A DNA stretch of 63,542 nt, filler included, from Folioceros fuciformis (taxonomy: Eukaryota), in assembly GCA_049999805.1 (NCBI GenBank). It is 11 parts of 11 records of this genome, joined end to end, with 100 filler letters (N's around TTAATTAATTAA, not from the genome) between each part and the next. Parts side by side here need not be neighbours in the genome. Positions count along the whole stretch, not along the records: positions 19,514 to 29,262 come from JBNGIO010004971.1; positions 29,363 to 34,446 come from JBNGIO010004972.1; positions 34,547 to 35,844 come from JBNGIO010004973.1; positions 35,945 to 38,737 come from JBNGIO010004974.1; positions 38,838 to 41,559 come from JBNGIO010004975.1; 6 more parts are not named here. The stretch is one strand, 5' to 3'. Below, piece after piece: positions 27,440-39,549 of this stretch (position 1 is the stretch's first letter; each line of letters begins with the position of its first letter). The translations under genes and the position numbers were made by a program. The notes beneath the pieces were generated by a model that was not told where the DNA came from, searched no databases, and saw only the letters and a list, made by a program, of their open reading frames with translations.

Positions 27440-29115
27440 TTGTTTATGACAGATAGTTTAGACTCTGAGGATGAAATTGTTGTGGACATTTCATCTCTCT
27501 TTGCTAAACCTCTTAACCTCTCTGTCTGGGATTTCTCCCTAAGCAATCTCTTAGAGAGGCAACGTCCACAACTATCAATCCCTAATAGGACTCTTAATCC
27601 TGTAGTCATGTTTGGAGCCTCATCTTCTGTCCCTGTTGTTCCTGTCTTGAAAATTGAATTCAGGGACAAGGACAAATTCAATAGCATAGACTATAACATT
27701 TGGGCTATGAGTCTTACCCAAATTTTTGAGGAGAATGAGCTGTTGTCCATCGTGGATGGCACAGAACCTAAGGTGACGACACCTGCTAGAACGGCTGACG
27801 AAATCCTAGCATGGGAGCGTAAGGATAGACGAGCAAGTTCCATACTCATTGCTGCCTTAGACAAAAATGTTATGCCACATACAATAGATGCGAAGACATC
27901 TGTAGATGTGTGGAAAGTTTTTCATTCAATTTACCAGGATAAGAGCTCAACCTCTCTGGTGCATGCGTACGGAGATTTTTTGAATTTGAGAATGAGGGAC
28001 AATGAGCCTGTCGAGGCTTACATCAACAAGTTTAGGACTCTCTGTACTAATTTTGCATATTGTGGCACAGTGCTTACGGAAGTACAAGCAGCGATAAGCA
28101 TCCTGGCTTCACTTCTTGAGAGCTAGCTATCAGCATTTTGTTGGCAGTCAAAATGCCAAAATACATGCAGCTGTTTAGGCGGCAACTTCAGGCCAACCAC
28201 CAAAAGTGACTCTCGAAGAAGTCATTGGTGCCCTCATATCTGAAGAACGCATAAGGAGCTTCCACAAGAATAAGAGTTCCACTACCAACAACACAAGAGT
28301 GCTCTTCATGTCAAGAGGACGAGGTGGTTTACGTGGGCGTGGCAGAGGACGCGGTTCCTACACAAACTCACAGCGTGATGTGACCACAAAGAAGACCTTT
28401 GTTTGCAACTGGTGCAAGATACTTGGACATTACAAACGTGACACCCGCAAGAAGAAGGGAGGTGAACCCAGACGAGAACATCCTCTAGAGAGCAACATCA
28501 CTACCAACAAGACTAAGCAGCCCACCATCTTGGCAGTTTGTTTGTCATTCACACAAGTACAATCTGACACATGGTTCCTCGACTCTAAAGCCACAAGTCA
28601 CATTTGCTTTCACAGGCATGCTTTTTCTTCTGTCATTCCTTCTGCTGATGCAAAACAGTTTGTCTTACTGGGAAACAACAGTGGACTTTCTATCAAAGGC
28701 TCTTTCTCAATTATTATTTCCCTGTGTGATTCTTCTAAACTCACACTCACAAATATTCTTTATGTCCCTTCAATGACCAAAAACTTGATGTTTGTTCTAA
28801 AGTTGTCACGATAACATTATTGCTGAGTGTGCTTTGATCAGCAAGGGTGTTATGTCACAAGTGCTAGGTCTGGACATGATCTTTTCTCAGGCTCACCTTT
28901 TCATGACTTGTACCTCCTGAATGTCAAAACTGTGATCAGTACCATTCAGTTAGTTCATTCTACAGAAGTCCCCTCCACACAATTGTGGCACTATCGTCTT
29001 AGACATGTCAACTTCCAACGTCTTAGTTCCCTTGTCAAAGGTGAGATTTATAGAGAGCCTCTGGATTTTTCTTTTGATAAGAATACTTTTTGTGAAGCCT
29101 GTTAGTTGAGTAAGT
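27440..29115 (+). mobile_element. Degenerate Ty1/copia gag-protease-GAG-pre-integrase
   Basis: DYNIWA...DGTEPK, RGRGRG, CNWCKILGHYKRD, WFLDSKATSH, LWHYRLRH. Confidence 0.88.
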
Positions 29116-29262
29116 GTGAACCTCCAAAGTTTGGGGTAGTAGTTTGTTTTGGTTGAAAAAGGGTTAATAGTGGTATGGTTTGGTTTTCTTTTTCAACTTA
29201 TTTTCCCTAATTTTTCTTGATTTTCTGGTCATTTTTCCTATTTTTCTTTGTGTTAATTGGGT
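29116..29262 (+). repeat. 5' end of Athila-like family A LTR (TGTGAACCTCCAAAG...); also at about 17817-17901 and on minus ending near 54690
   Basis: Three near-identical copies in the window. The minus copy leads into a PBS and gag. Confidence 0.8.
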
Positions 29263-29362
29263 NNNNNNNNNNNNNNNNNNNNNNNNNNNNNNNNNNNNNN
29301 NNNNNNTTAATTAATTAANNNNNNNNNNNNNNNNNNNNNNNNNNNNNNNNNNNNNNNNNNNN

Positions 29363-31049
29363 TGCTGCCGACTTAGAATCTGGCAGAACAGTGCACCGCG
29401 ACGTGTTGCGCAGTGGCTTCCGTACTGACTTGTTTGCTAACAACTGCTTGGTGGACATGTATGCAAAATGTGGCCAAATGAAAGATGCACGCCAGGTTTT
29501 TGACAGCATGGACACGAAGGATGTGGTGACATGGACGGCCCTGATCGCTGGGTATGCACAGCAAGGACTCGGCGAAGAGGCACTTGTTGTGTATGGAGAA
29601 ATGGAGGAGGCGGGCCTCGTGGTGGCTGACCGTGTTACTTTTACTTGCCTTCTGAAGGCGTGTGCAAGCACTGGTGCCTTGCGGAAGGGCAGGGAGCTTC
29701 ACTCACAGATTGTCAAGAGAGAGCTGCTGGATAATATAGTGCTGGGAAACTGCCTGGTGGACATGTACGCGAAATGTGGTGAGCTGGAATGTGCCCGCCA
29801 GGTTTTCGACGGCATGGCCTTGAAGGATGTGGTGACTTGGACAGCCATGATCGCTGGGTATTCACAGCAAGGACTCGGCCAAGAGGCGCTTGTTGTGTAT
29901 GGACAGATGGAGGAGGCAGGCCTCGTTTTGGCTAATGATGTTACTTTTGCTTGCCTTCTGAAGGCGTGTGGAAGCACTGGTGCCTTGCACAAAGGCAGGG
30001 AGCTGCACTCACAGATTGTCAAGAGGGGTCTGTTGGATGGTATAGTGTCGGGAACCTGTCTGGTGGACATGTATGCAAAATGTGGTGAGCTGGAAGATGC
30101 ACGCCAGGTTTTTGACAGCATGGCCACTAAAGATGTTGTTACATGGACAGCCCTGATTGCTGGGTATGGTGCTTGTGATGAAGGTGGCAAGGCGCTAGCT
30201 TGTTTTGAGGAGATGTTAGCTGCCAGTGTTCAGCCTGACGATGCTACTTTTACTTGCCTTCTAGTAGCATGCAGTCATGGGGGTCTGGTCGAGGAGGGTC
30301 GCAAGCTCTTTGATTCCATGGCTGAACAGCATGGTGTCACACCTACTGTTGAGCATCACACCTGCATGATTGATCTTCTTGGGCGTGCTGGCCAATTAGA
30401 TGAGGCAGAGAGGATGGTATCATCATGTGAGGGCGAAAGTGAGGTGGTGTGTTTGACATCTTTGTTGAATGCCTGCAAAAGTCACGGAGATCTAGAGAGG
30501 GCTGTGTGGTGTTTTGAAAGTATTGTTAGGCTGGACCCCCAGGAGGCACCTGCCTATGTTCTCATGGCCAATGCCTATGCAGATGCAGGTAGGTGGACCG
30601 ATGTAGACAGGATTGAAACACAGAGGAAGGCAGCAGGAGCTAAGAAGAAGCCAGCAGTGGCAAGCATTGAGGTGAATAAGGAGGTACACAGATTTCTAGT
30701 GGGAGAAAGGAGAAATGATATTGTGCTTAAGGTAGAGAGCACGAATGCGCGTGTGAAGCAGGAAGGAGGCCACGTACCTCACACAAAGTTGGTGTTGCAG
30801 CCACTGAGTGAGAAGGAAAAGGAAGACGTGCTTTGTGGGCATGCTGAGAAGCTAGCTCTGGCGTTTGGTCTGTTGAACACTCCGAATGGGACACCTCTGA
30901 TGGTAACCAAGAATCTACGCATGTGCAGTGATTGCCACAGCTCCACGGCTATCATGTCGAGGCTTGAGCAGAGAGACATTGTTGTGAGGGATGGGTACCG
31001 TGTGCATCGATTCGCAAATGGTTGTTGCAGTTGTAAGGGTCGACCATGA
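29363..31049 (+). CDS. PLS-class PPR protein with E1/E2 and a DYW:KP deaminase-like domain ending in GRP (5'-truncated by the contig edge); candidate U-to-C organellar RNA editing factor
   Basis: Repeated P-L-S motifs (NCLVDMYAKCG, DVVTWTALIAGY, VTFTCLLKAC), KKKPAVASIEV in place of the PG box, HAEKLA, KNLRMCSDCH, HRFANGCCSCKGRP*. Open and intronless. Confidence 0.95.
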
Positions 31050-31857
31050 GAAAAATGAACAAGTGAGTGTAGCCAGTGCCAGGCGGATTCCTAGAGGTGT
31101 GCGGATTCTTCGTGGTGGCAAGGACCATTGTGGCACTTGAGGGCATTTCGCTCTGTGGGACTAGGTACTTCACAACTTTGTAGCAAGCCTAGCATGTTTT
31201 CGCTGCACCCCCTGCACACTCTTCATGGTGAGCACGTTGTACACGTGCTTTGCAGGGTCTCCTCAACTCCATCTCCTTACCAATACTGCCCTATGTATAT
31301 CATGCTGTACAGTGCGGGTGAAAGCACATTGGTAGCCAGTATGCCGAGGAGTATCACGGCACAAGAGCTTTGCAGTTCACAGGAAGCAGGTGAAACTAGG
31401 AACCCCAATCACAATCCAGGCAGTGCGAGGCACATATCTAGACTTTTACTTAACGACAATTCCTCGTCTAGTTACATCGAGGACCGCGTTGTCGTTTCGG
31501 CCTTCAAGATACCAACTGACCCAACTGCGTGATCAGGAACAGAGACCGTGATACCATGGCTCGCTGAAAATTTCTTGGTATATGTAGCTTGGCTTGCACT
31601 TAACGTTGACAAGCCTTAAATGAAATTCTTGGTTCTCTTATGGCAGCTGACTAGCAATTAACTGTTTTGTATATCTAAAGTTACTACCTAATATCCGTCA
31701 CATGGTCGAGTGGTCTTAAGTACCAGTCCGACAGCTCGCCCACAGGTATTAGAGGACGGCTCACCCCTTCAGGCAGGACGGCTCACGGTTCACCCCTTCA
31801 GGCTGCTGTGGTCACACATACATACGTACAGTGTACCCGGCTGGGGATATGCCCAGA

Positions 31858-32010
31858 CGAGACATTGTTGTAAGGGATGGGTAGTGTGCATCGATTCGCA
31901 AATGGTTGTTGCAGTTGTAAGGATTGACCATGAAAAAAATGAAGTGAGTGTAGTCAATGCCAGGCGGATTCTTAGTGGTGTGCAGATTCTTCTTGGTGGC
32001 ATGTACCATT
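31858..32010 (+). pseudogene. Degenerate duplicate of the 3' end and 3' flank of the PPR-DYW gene
   Basis: gagacattgttgtaagggatggg...cgattcgcaaatggttgttgcagttgtaaggattgaccatga... matches about 30973-31130, with an indel and a premature stop. Confidence 0.8.
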
Positions 32011-32071
32011 GTTCCCCGAACAAGAAGACGAAAGAAAAAAAAGAAGCTGTAGCCTAGAGATACATAAATGA

Positions 32072-32702
32072 GTGAAACTTGTAATACCAATCCCTGGTTG
32101 CCTGCCTGAAACCATAATGGTTTCTTCAACGTGCACACTAGCCTTTTTTGCCCTTCTCAATGGAACCCTGTGGTTGTTGCACATATATCTATACCTCTTC
32201 CTGGAGATCACCATGCATAAATGTCGACTTCACATCCATCTGGATAAGTTCCATGTCGTCACAACCACACTAAGAACACATTGCATGGTGGTCATTTTGA
32301 CTATTGGTAAAAAATCTCATCAACGTTAACACCTTACTGTTGTTTAATACCTTTAGCAACCAATCGCGCCTTGTACTTGGGTTTGCCATAATGGGGTATG
32401 TCCTTCATCTCATACATCAATTTGCATGGCAATGCCTTCTTGTCCCTTGGAAACCAAACCAACTTCCAAGTTTGGTTCTTATGGAGCGAAGCCTTCTACG
32501 AATGCATCGCAATCTCCCACTTGTCCTTGTCAGTCACTGACATAGCCTGTTGATAACTAGAGGACTTCCCACAATCCGTCAGCATAAAATAATCAAGAGA
32601 TGCAACATACCTGTCAGGAGGACGTGAAATCCTTCTTGAACTACGAAGCAATGGCGCCTCGATTGGAGCTGGTTGCACTCTCTCCTCTTCTACAAGTAGA
32701 GG
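32072..32702 (-). mobile_element. Ty1/copia (Tnt1/Tork-like) RT N-terminal remnant
   Basis: LRSSRRISRPPDRY, LTDCGKSSSYQQAM...KWEIAM, plus degenerate RT motifs. Confidence 0.7.
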
Positions 32703-34446
32703 TGTAGGGTTATTAAAGCCCAATGTGCTTAGACTAATGTGTTTAGTCTAAGATTAGTGTCTAGTTAAGTGCCATTAGTTTAGATTAGTTTAAGCTAATC
32801 TGTAGGAAGCTTCTTGTGCAGCTTCTTGTGCGCTTCCTGTGAAGCTTCCTAGGGAGCTCTTCTAGAGGGTATAAATACCCTCTTGAGCTCCCTTGCTATT
32901 GAGAGACTCTATTGTAAGAGTGTGACCTCTCTTTCTCCTCTCCTCCTTGCCTCCCCTCTCCTCTCCTTCACCATGCTCCTCTAGCGATCCTTCAAGTGGT
33001 ATCAAAGCTTGGTGTGGAGCAAGATGGTGATGTCCTTGGTGCTGTGGACAAGGTGGATGTGAGGGAGACAACATTGGAGTGAATAAGGGCTGTGTGTGGC
33101 ATTCCAGGGACCCAGGGCGCCGGGAGCACGTGTGCACAGGCCACAAGTGCAAGTGCAAGGCGCAAGTGGAGGCGGACGCCCAGCCACAGGGCGTTGTGAG
33201 ACCTCGGGGTTATGGCACAGCCAAGACCCCAGGCACGGTGCAGGGCATTGCCAAGCGAAGCGGGCGCCAGGCCCTAGCCTCCCCGCTATGAGGGGCGCCG
33301 AGAGGTGCGAGAGGCACCTATCACGGGTGCCTGGGGCAGGCTCAGGCGGCCAGCCAGCCGTGGGGGTGCAAGCCAAGCCCCAGCCCGAGGGAGGCGCCAG
33401 GTTGCCCGGCACAGGCCGGGCGCCGGCCCAGTTAACCGGGTGCCCCAAACTCCCCAGCCGCCCCGCTCAGGGGTGCCAAGCGCCAGGAGGCGCCGGACCC
33501 TGGCAGGTGCGGCGCAAGGCTCCCCGGTGGGGGGGTTGCCATGCCGTTAGGCCCCCACCCCCGGAGCAGGGGCTATTCCCGAGCACCAGGGGGTGCCGCT
33601 AGGCCGCAGGCTAGGCCACCAGCCTGGCCCACGGGGACCGCCTGACCCAGCCGCCCCACTGAGGGGGCGCCAGGCCCCCGCAGCCGTCAGGCACAGGGGC
33701 GTCGGCCTAGGCCGCTGCCACTAAGGTGCGGCCAAGCCGCAGGTGCCGTGGCACTGAAGTGCCTCTGGACGCTGAGCGCTGGAGCGCGGGGCGTTGCCGA
33801 ACGCGGCCGCGGGTGCCAGTGCGACTCGAGTAGGCTGCCGGCCACCAGCAGCGCAGGTGGGTGTAGACCCAACCGGTGGGCGACATGGACGAGGCGAGTC
33901 GGGCCAGTGAGCGTTGCGGACGCCGGGACGTTGGGCCGTAAACGCAAACAAAGAAGCGGGTGCAAACGTGGGCGACGAAGGAGTGAGCCAGCTGAGATTC
34001 CGATTGCAAGGCGGCAAAATCTCAATCGAAAGATTTAGGCCCGTCGAGTCGACTTGTGGATAGCCAATTCGGAACGAGAGTGAGGGTAACAAAATCTACA
34101 TTACATTTCAACAGTTTCTAACTAGCATTTTGCTTTATTTGCATCGATTTTGAAACATGGCGTCCTCAGAAAACGTCATGTTCAATATTGAGAAGTGAGA
34201 TGGTACTTACTTCCCGTTCTAGAAAGAACAAGTGTATAATGTTCTAGTGCAGAAGAAGCAAATCAAGCCGATAAACTTGCTACGAGTCAAACGCGTTAGG
34301 ATGAGTGGCAGGACCTAGATGAGCTTGCCTAGGTCTACCATCATCATAACATTGTCAAAGTCGGTCTACTTCAACGTGAAAGACAAGACCACTAGCTATG
34401 AGCTATGGCAGAAATAGTGTGACCTGTATGAGAAGCAAAGTGCGGC
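32703..34446 (+). mobile_element. Ty1/copia 5' end: LTR 32703-32994, iMet PBS 32997-33008, GC-rich leader, degenerate gag from about 34157
   Basis: TGTAGGG...TTCA LTR with TATAAAT, then TGGTATCAAAGC, then gag MASSENVMFNIEK*DGTYFPF*KEQV. Confidence 0.85.
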
Positions 34447-34546
34447 NNNNNNNNNNNNNNNNNNNNNNNNNNNNNNNNNNNNNNNNNNNNTTAATTAATT
34501 AANNNNNNNNNNNNNNNNNNNNNNNNNNNNNNNNNNNNNNNNNNNN

Positions 34547-35844
34547 AAAGGTGGGACCCTTCGGCAATCAGTGCCCGGGGTTTTGCCTCCACATTTTTGG
34601 CGCCGTTGCCGGGGAGCGGCTTGGGAGTTTCTTTTGCTGATCGGATGGAGAGTCTAAGTTGTCCTGTCGATGTCTGGTGGAAGAGGTGATCGCAGAACTG
34701 GTAGAGGAAGAGCAGTTGCAACCCCGTCACCAAGGGATCTGCGTGCAACAAGGAGGAATTTGCTGAGAGGAGAGAGTAGCTTGACCCCTAAGGCTAGCGC
34801 CCTTGTGCAGGAGGAGCTGCCTTGGTCAAGTGGAGAGCACGAATCTGAAGGGTTGATTGCCGGAGAGCGTGACATCCAGGAGTCGAGTGTTGTGCAGTCA
34901 ACTCTAGCCCCTGTAGTGGTTTCAGTAGGGGCTGTACTTCCTACGTCAAGTATCAGCCAAGTGGGTGGAGGAGTTGCTGCAAGGATGGCTGCTCCTATTC
35001 ACAGTCGTCAGCAATACGTGAAGTTCGGAGACAAGAGAAGAGGGGAGGATGCTGAATCCTTCCTAAGGACGTTCGAGCATGTGTCTCGTGCCAACATGGA
35101 GGACACTACAGCTGATCGTTTGAGGATCTTTCCAGGTTTGCTGAGAGGACAAGCTCAGCAGTGGTACAGCCGGACGTATGGAGTAACACCACCAGTGGAT
35201 TGGGACAGCCTGAAGGACGATTTCTTAACCAGGTTCCGAGGTCTCAGCCATGGCCATCACACCTACGCGAGGTTGAGGACTTTGAAGCGAGGAAGGAAGG
35301 AGGATCTCTATGACTACATTGAGAGGTTCTACAGCTATGTGGACAGGATTCCACGTGGTAGGCCAGTTGTTCCGGGAGGTCCGAGTACTCCAGGGTACAC
35401 GGATGCTCAAGCTTTGGATTGGTTTGCTGGAGGACTACCCGATAGGATGGCGACCTACTGCACAAGAGGTGTGACCACTTTGCAGGAGGCTTTGAAGGCT
35501 GCTGAAGATTTTGAGCTTTCGGAGTTGAGCAGAGAGAAGAGGAAGCAGAACCGGAAGTATGGGCATCATAGGAGGTCAAGACATCACAGCCCATCTTCCT
35601 CTTCAAGGTCGAGGTCACCGTCTCACTCAGATCCAGATTATGACAGCCTTGTGTCAGATTCTTACACCGATGAGGAGTCCGATAAGGCTTATGAGAAGAG
35701 GATGAGGAAGGACCTGGAGAAAGCACGCAAGAGGCGCGAGGAGGATGAGGATCGTCGAGCTGAGAAGGACAAGAGAGGCAAAGGATCCTATAGGATGGAG
35801 AGAGGCGAACCGTCCTCAAGTGGTGGAGGACTGACCAGTCAGGT
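34547..35844 (+). mobile_element. Athila-like family A: LTR 3' end, PBS at about 34597 and gag ORF from 34670 (intron-less version)
   Basis: cctccaCA-tttt-TGGCGCCGTTGCCGGGGA, then gag EDAESFLRTFE...LLRGQAQQWY...WDSLKDDFLTRF. Confidence 0.9.
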
Positions 35845-36070
35845 NNNNNNNNNNNNNNNNNNNNNNNNNNNNNNNNNNNNNNNNNNNNTTAATTAATTAA
35901 NNNNNNNNNNNNNNNNNNNNNNNNNNNNNNNNNNNNNNNNNNNNTCAGGAATGGGCCGTCCAAATTGAACAACTTGAAATCTGAAGTCGCCGTACCACAT
36001 GCCGTTCGTTAGTTCACAAAACGTGAACCACACGCACGAAGAATTCCAGGACAGGACTCTCAAATCTCAC

Positions 36071-37790
36071 CTGACTCATACTCCATTCACTGTCTGGAAC
36101 ATTGTCAATGAGATACGACCACATCTCAGAGGGTGAGACGCTGGCAAAGTAGTCAAAGCCCAACCCGCCTTTACTGATGGGTTCAGTCAATCCTGGATAC
36201 TGTGAGGCCTGTGGGAAGTAGCAATCGACTCAGTCAAGAGTGCTGGTGCTGTGCACACAAGCAATCCAGAATTTGTCAATTAAGAGAAGAGAGGCAGGAT
36301 TGTGCATACATCCCCTGCAATTGTGACAATGTTCGAGTTGAGCTTGTGCAGCATCTCATTAGCCAGAATCACATACAGCAATGCATCTCTGTCCACGTAT
36401 TGATTGCAGTAGCTGCACAACCAGAGAAATGTGAGAAAGAGCGAGGAAGCAGTCTATGTAATTCGACCAACATGGAGCTCCTGCGAGCAATTTCCTGAAT
36501 GACAGCAGCCCTACTCATTCAAGCCATTTGTGAACTCTGCAAATACATTGTGGTTGTAAAACATGGACTGCAGCGAATGGAAGTGGAAACCATCTATTTG
36601 ACACTCTTCCACCCACCTGCCATGAGAAAGAAACGTGTGACTTCCAAGCTACCTTGCTCTAGATGCGAACTGCCTGAGAGAGCAAATTCAAACACAGCAT
36701 TCAGAAAGATCAGTCACACTGGAGATCATCGAGGCGGACTAAATCCACTAACCACTTCAAGTTTGATAAGAGGTAGCGAAGCACTTCGTTTTCATATTCA
36801 ACTGCCTGAGAGAGCAAATTCAAACACAGCATTCAGAAAGATCAGTCACACTAGAGATCATCGAGGCGGACTAAATCCAATAACCACTTCAACTTTGATA
36901 AGAGGTAGGGAAGCACTTCGTATTCACCATAGTTGAATATGCGGGTGCCTGTATGTTTGTGACGCCCTCGCCGTCCTGCAATGCAAGGGTGAACTCAGCT
37001 GCTACAGTGAACGGGATGGTGAACGGACTAAAAAACAACCTCAGCATTCTGCACCAATCCTTGCAAGGCAGTGCACACTAACCATCATGGAAGTAACACT
37101 CATTAGCACCATCGAATGAAGAAAGGCCAAACCATCTCGTCTGCAGCCGCAAGTGAGTGGACTATGTCCATGATGGAAAACAGGCCCATTCCTGTTTCAT
37201 CATGAACTCAAAACATGAGAAACGAAACGCTGACTTGATGTAAACTGGGCTTCAGTAGCAGGCTTGCAAGGAATGCCTAACGAACCATGGGCACTGTCAA
37301 CCAGATGTTTGAAATCTTCTGGGGTTCCAAAGCGACTACTTACCGCAAACATATTCGTAACCTGCCCAGTTGGCAAATTCTGCACATTAAATGGGCGCAG
37401 AATAATCTCAACGAACCTTCAAACATCAGGCACATGAAGAGCACAACAGGGTTGTACCTTATAGCCAGCACTTGCATAGTCTACATGCTCCTGAATACCC
37501 ATGAGCTGGACAGCGTTGTACCTAGGCTTCTTGACATGAGGAAGAGCCCTATTTGTCATAAAACATGGTTTCTCAGACTGCAAACTACATACTACAGACA
37601 TTCTGAGCAGGGCACAAAACAAAGGCAACGAACCACCAGACTCAATCCAAAATTGCCTTCGCAGTAAACTGTTGGAACGTTGTTACACCAAGTTCTTCTC
37701 CACTTATTCCGACATCACGTTCATAAATCCGTAATGGCTGTGGTCTCTTGGGACTCTTGTTGAGGTGGATCCCACATACAGGCGCTATAT
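36071..37790 (-). pseudogene. SBE3: Starch branching enzyme 3 (SBE3/BE1-type, GH13) multi-exon pseudogene fragment
   Basis: Exons encode [60 protein letters not shown](frameshift)GLSSFDGANECYF, WVEECQIDGFHFHSL, YCNQYVDRDALLYVILANEML...TIAGD (36310-36412) and YPGLTEPISKGGLGFDY...EWSMSQ (36071-36208), with GT-AG borders. Confidence 0.88.
36668..36925. repeat. Tandem duplication of a ~130-bp unit spanning an SBE3 exon/intron junction
   Basis: aactgcctgagagagcaaattc...gaagcacttcgt occurs twice. Confidence 0.9.
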
Positions 37791-38231
37791 GTATTACTCC
37801 CAACATCTGAATACATTGGTTAAGATCAACTTAACATCATCGTCCATCCTGCAGAACACATTCACATCCTTTGTCTCAGCAGGTTCAACCTGCCGGATAT
37901 ACAGGTCATTACATCTGCTGCTACAGGCATTAGAAGAATTTTCCTTACAGCACACCCCAATGCCATCAACATTAGAAGAAACCATCAGTCACAGAGTACA
38001 GGGTGTGGTTGATATGCTCACGTGGTTGCAGCGCATTCGCTCAACGTCGAGAAAGCTGTTGAGAAGGCTACCATGGCCAAAACCAGTATGCACCGCTTGC
38101 CAAAGTTGGAAACAAATATAGGAGAACAAATACAGCAGACATTCTCTTTGTCCATAGTTCACAAGTTGTGAACATTCTTTGTCCATAGTTCACAGTTCAC
38201 ATCCTAATAGTAAAACAGGTTGCATTGAAAT

Positions 38232-38737
38232 TTATGAGTCATCCGAATCTATCACTAAGTGATAGCCTAGAGAGTCAGCTACGCAAACTATTGCCGAAGC
38301 TTGAGCAAATGTTAGTGGAAACCTGGATATCTTCCATGCTCCATTCTGACTTTCAAGTTGCGAAAGGTCACGAAATTTATCGTCGTGAACATGGGCAGAA
38401 AGAATTTTGTACATATCCACCATGGCTCTAACTTGATCATCAATGGATTGCCAACCTCCAGAGACCTTGATACACTGAAACAACTTCACATCTGAGGATA
38501 GAACATACCGCCACCAATCAGCTCTGGTTCTTCTATCCTTGGTGTCTCCAGTTCTGGTTCCTCTATCCGTGGTGTCTCCATACTTCCCCTTCAAGTGTTC
38601 TTCAAAGAGCTCGAAAATGCCTCTCAAGTTGTTGGTGCTTTTTGCCGTTAAGAGATCGAATTCGAGATCCCGAATTCTTCGTTCACAGAAAGAAATAGCC
38701 AGCTCCTTAGCCCTCGAAGCTTCTATGGCCTGCTGCA
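38232..38737 (-). CDS. Hypothetical protein, 5'-truncated (coiled coil, NLRGIFE, YKILSAHVH)
   Basis: Frame is open from the contig edge (QQAIEASRAKELAISFCERRIRDLEFDLLTAKSTNNLRGIFE...) with globular-protein-like composition. Confidence 0.45.
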
Positions 38738-38837
38738 NNNNNNNNNNNNNNNNNNNNNNNNNNNNNNNNNNNNNNNNNNNNTTAATTAATTAANNNNNNN
38801 NNNNNNNNNNNNNNNNNNNNNNNNNNNNNNNNNNNNN

Positions 38838-39265
38838 GCCGTATGGTTGAGAAAGCTCATGGAGGAGATTGGTTATGAACAATTGCATCCGACCACTCTT
38901 AGGAGCGATAGTCAAGGAAGTATGGCCTTGATCAAGAATCCAGTGCATCATGCAAGGACAAAGCATATTGACATTCAACATCACTTTGTACGTGAGAAGG
39001 TGAAGTTATTGGAGGTTACCTTTGAATATTGCAACACTGAGGAAATGGCTGCAGATTTCTTAACCAAGGCAGTGAGTAAGTTCAAGTTTGAGAAATGCAG
39101 GGGACTACTTGGATTGAAGCAAACTCAAGTGCGCTGAGTGGGAGTGTTAAGCATGATTAATGTTGATATTAATTAGTGCTAATCCAGCTTATTGAGTTTG
39201 TACTAATTAGTGGTAAGAGTGATTAAGGTTATGATTAATATATATATATAGCTTATTAGACTTTG
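38838..39265 (+). mobile_element. Ty1/copia RNase H end, PPT and start of 3' LTR
   Basis: SDSQGSMAL..NPVHHARTKHIDIQHHFVRE..ADFLTK, then gagtgggag followed by TGTTAAG. Confidence 0.9.
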
Positions 39266-39268
39266 CTA

Positions 39269-39549
39269 TGTTGGGCAAAAGAAGTATTGTAGGGTTTGGT
39301 TGGGGTCATTTATCCCATATTGGGCATGAAATGAGAGTGCCACCCATAGGTCCATAAAAGAAGGGATGAACCCACTTAGTAGAGGCAGTCTAACTCCCTC
39401 TTCACTTGTATTGTGTTGTTTTTGTAATTCTCCTTTTTTATTTGAGTTTAAGAGCCTTGTTATAGTGCTCTTAGTTTTGGTATTCTGCATCTTGCTTCAA
39501 CTAACTTGTTTTAACCTCCTTTGAGCATGGCGGGGGTGACATCTCAACA
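39269..39549 (+). repeat. Solo LTR-like repeat; inverted second copy at 41401-41559
   Basis: TGTTGGG...TCTCAACA. Its last ~155 bp are the reverse complement of 41401-41559. Confidence 0.75.

Noticed and set aside
29699-30190. Antisense ORFs over the PPR, HAK and TE genes
   Set aside because: Shadow frames of real coding sequence on the other strand.
37794-38186. Two in-frame minus ORFs between the SBE3 fragment and the orphan ORF
   Set aside because: Could be a gene fragment, but I cannot recognise any family, so it is not annotated.
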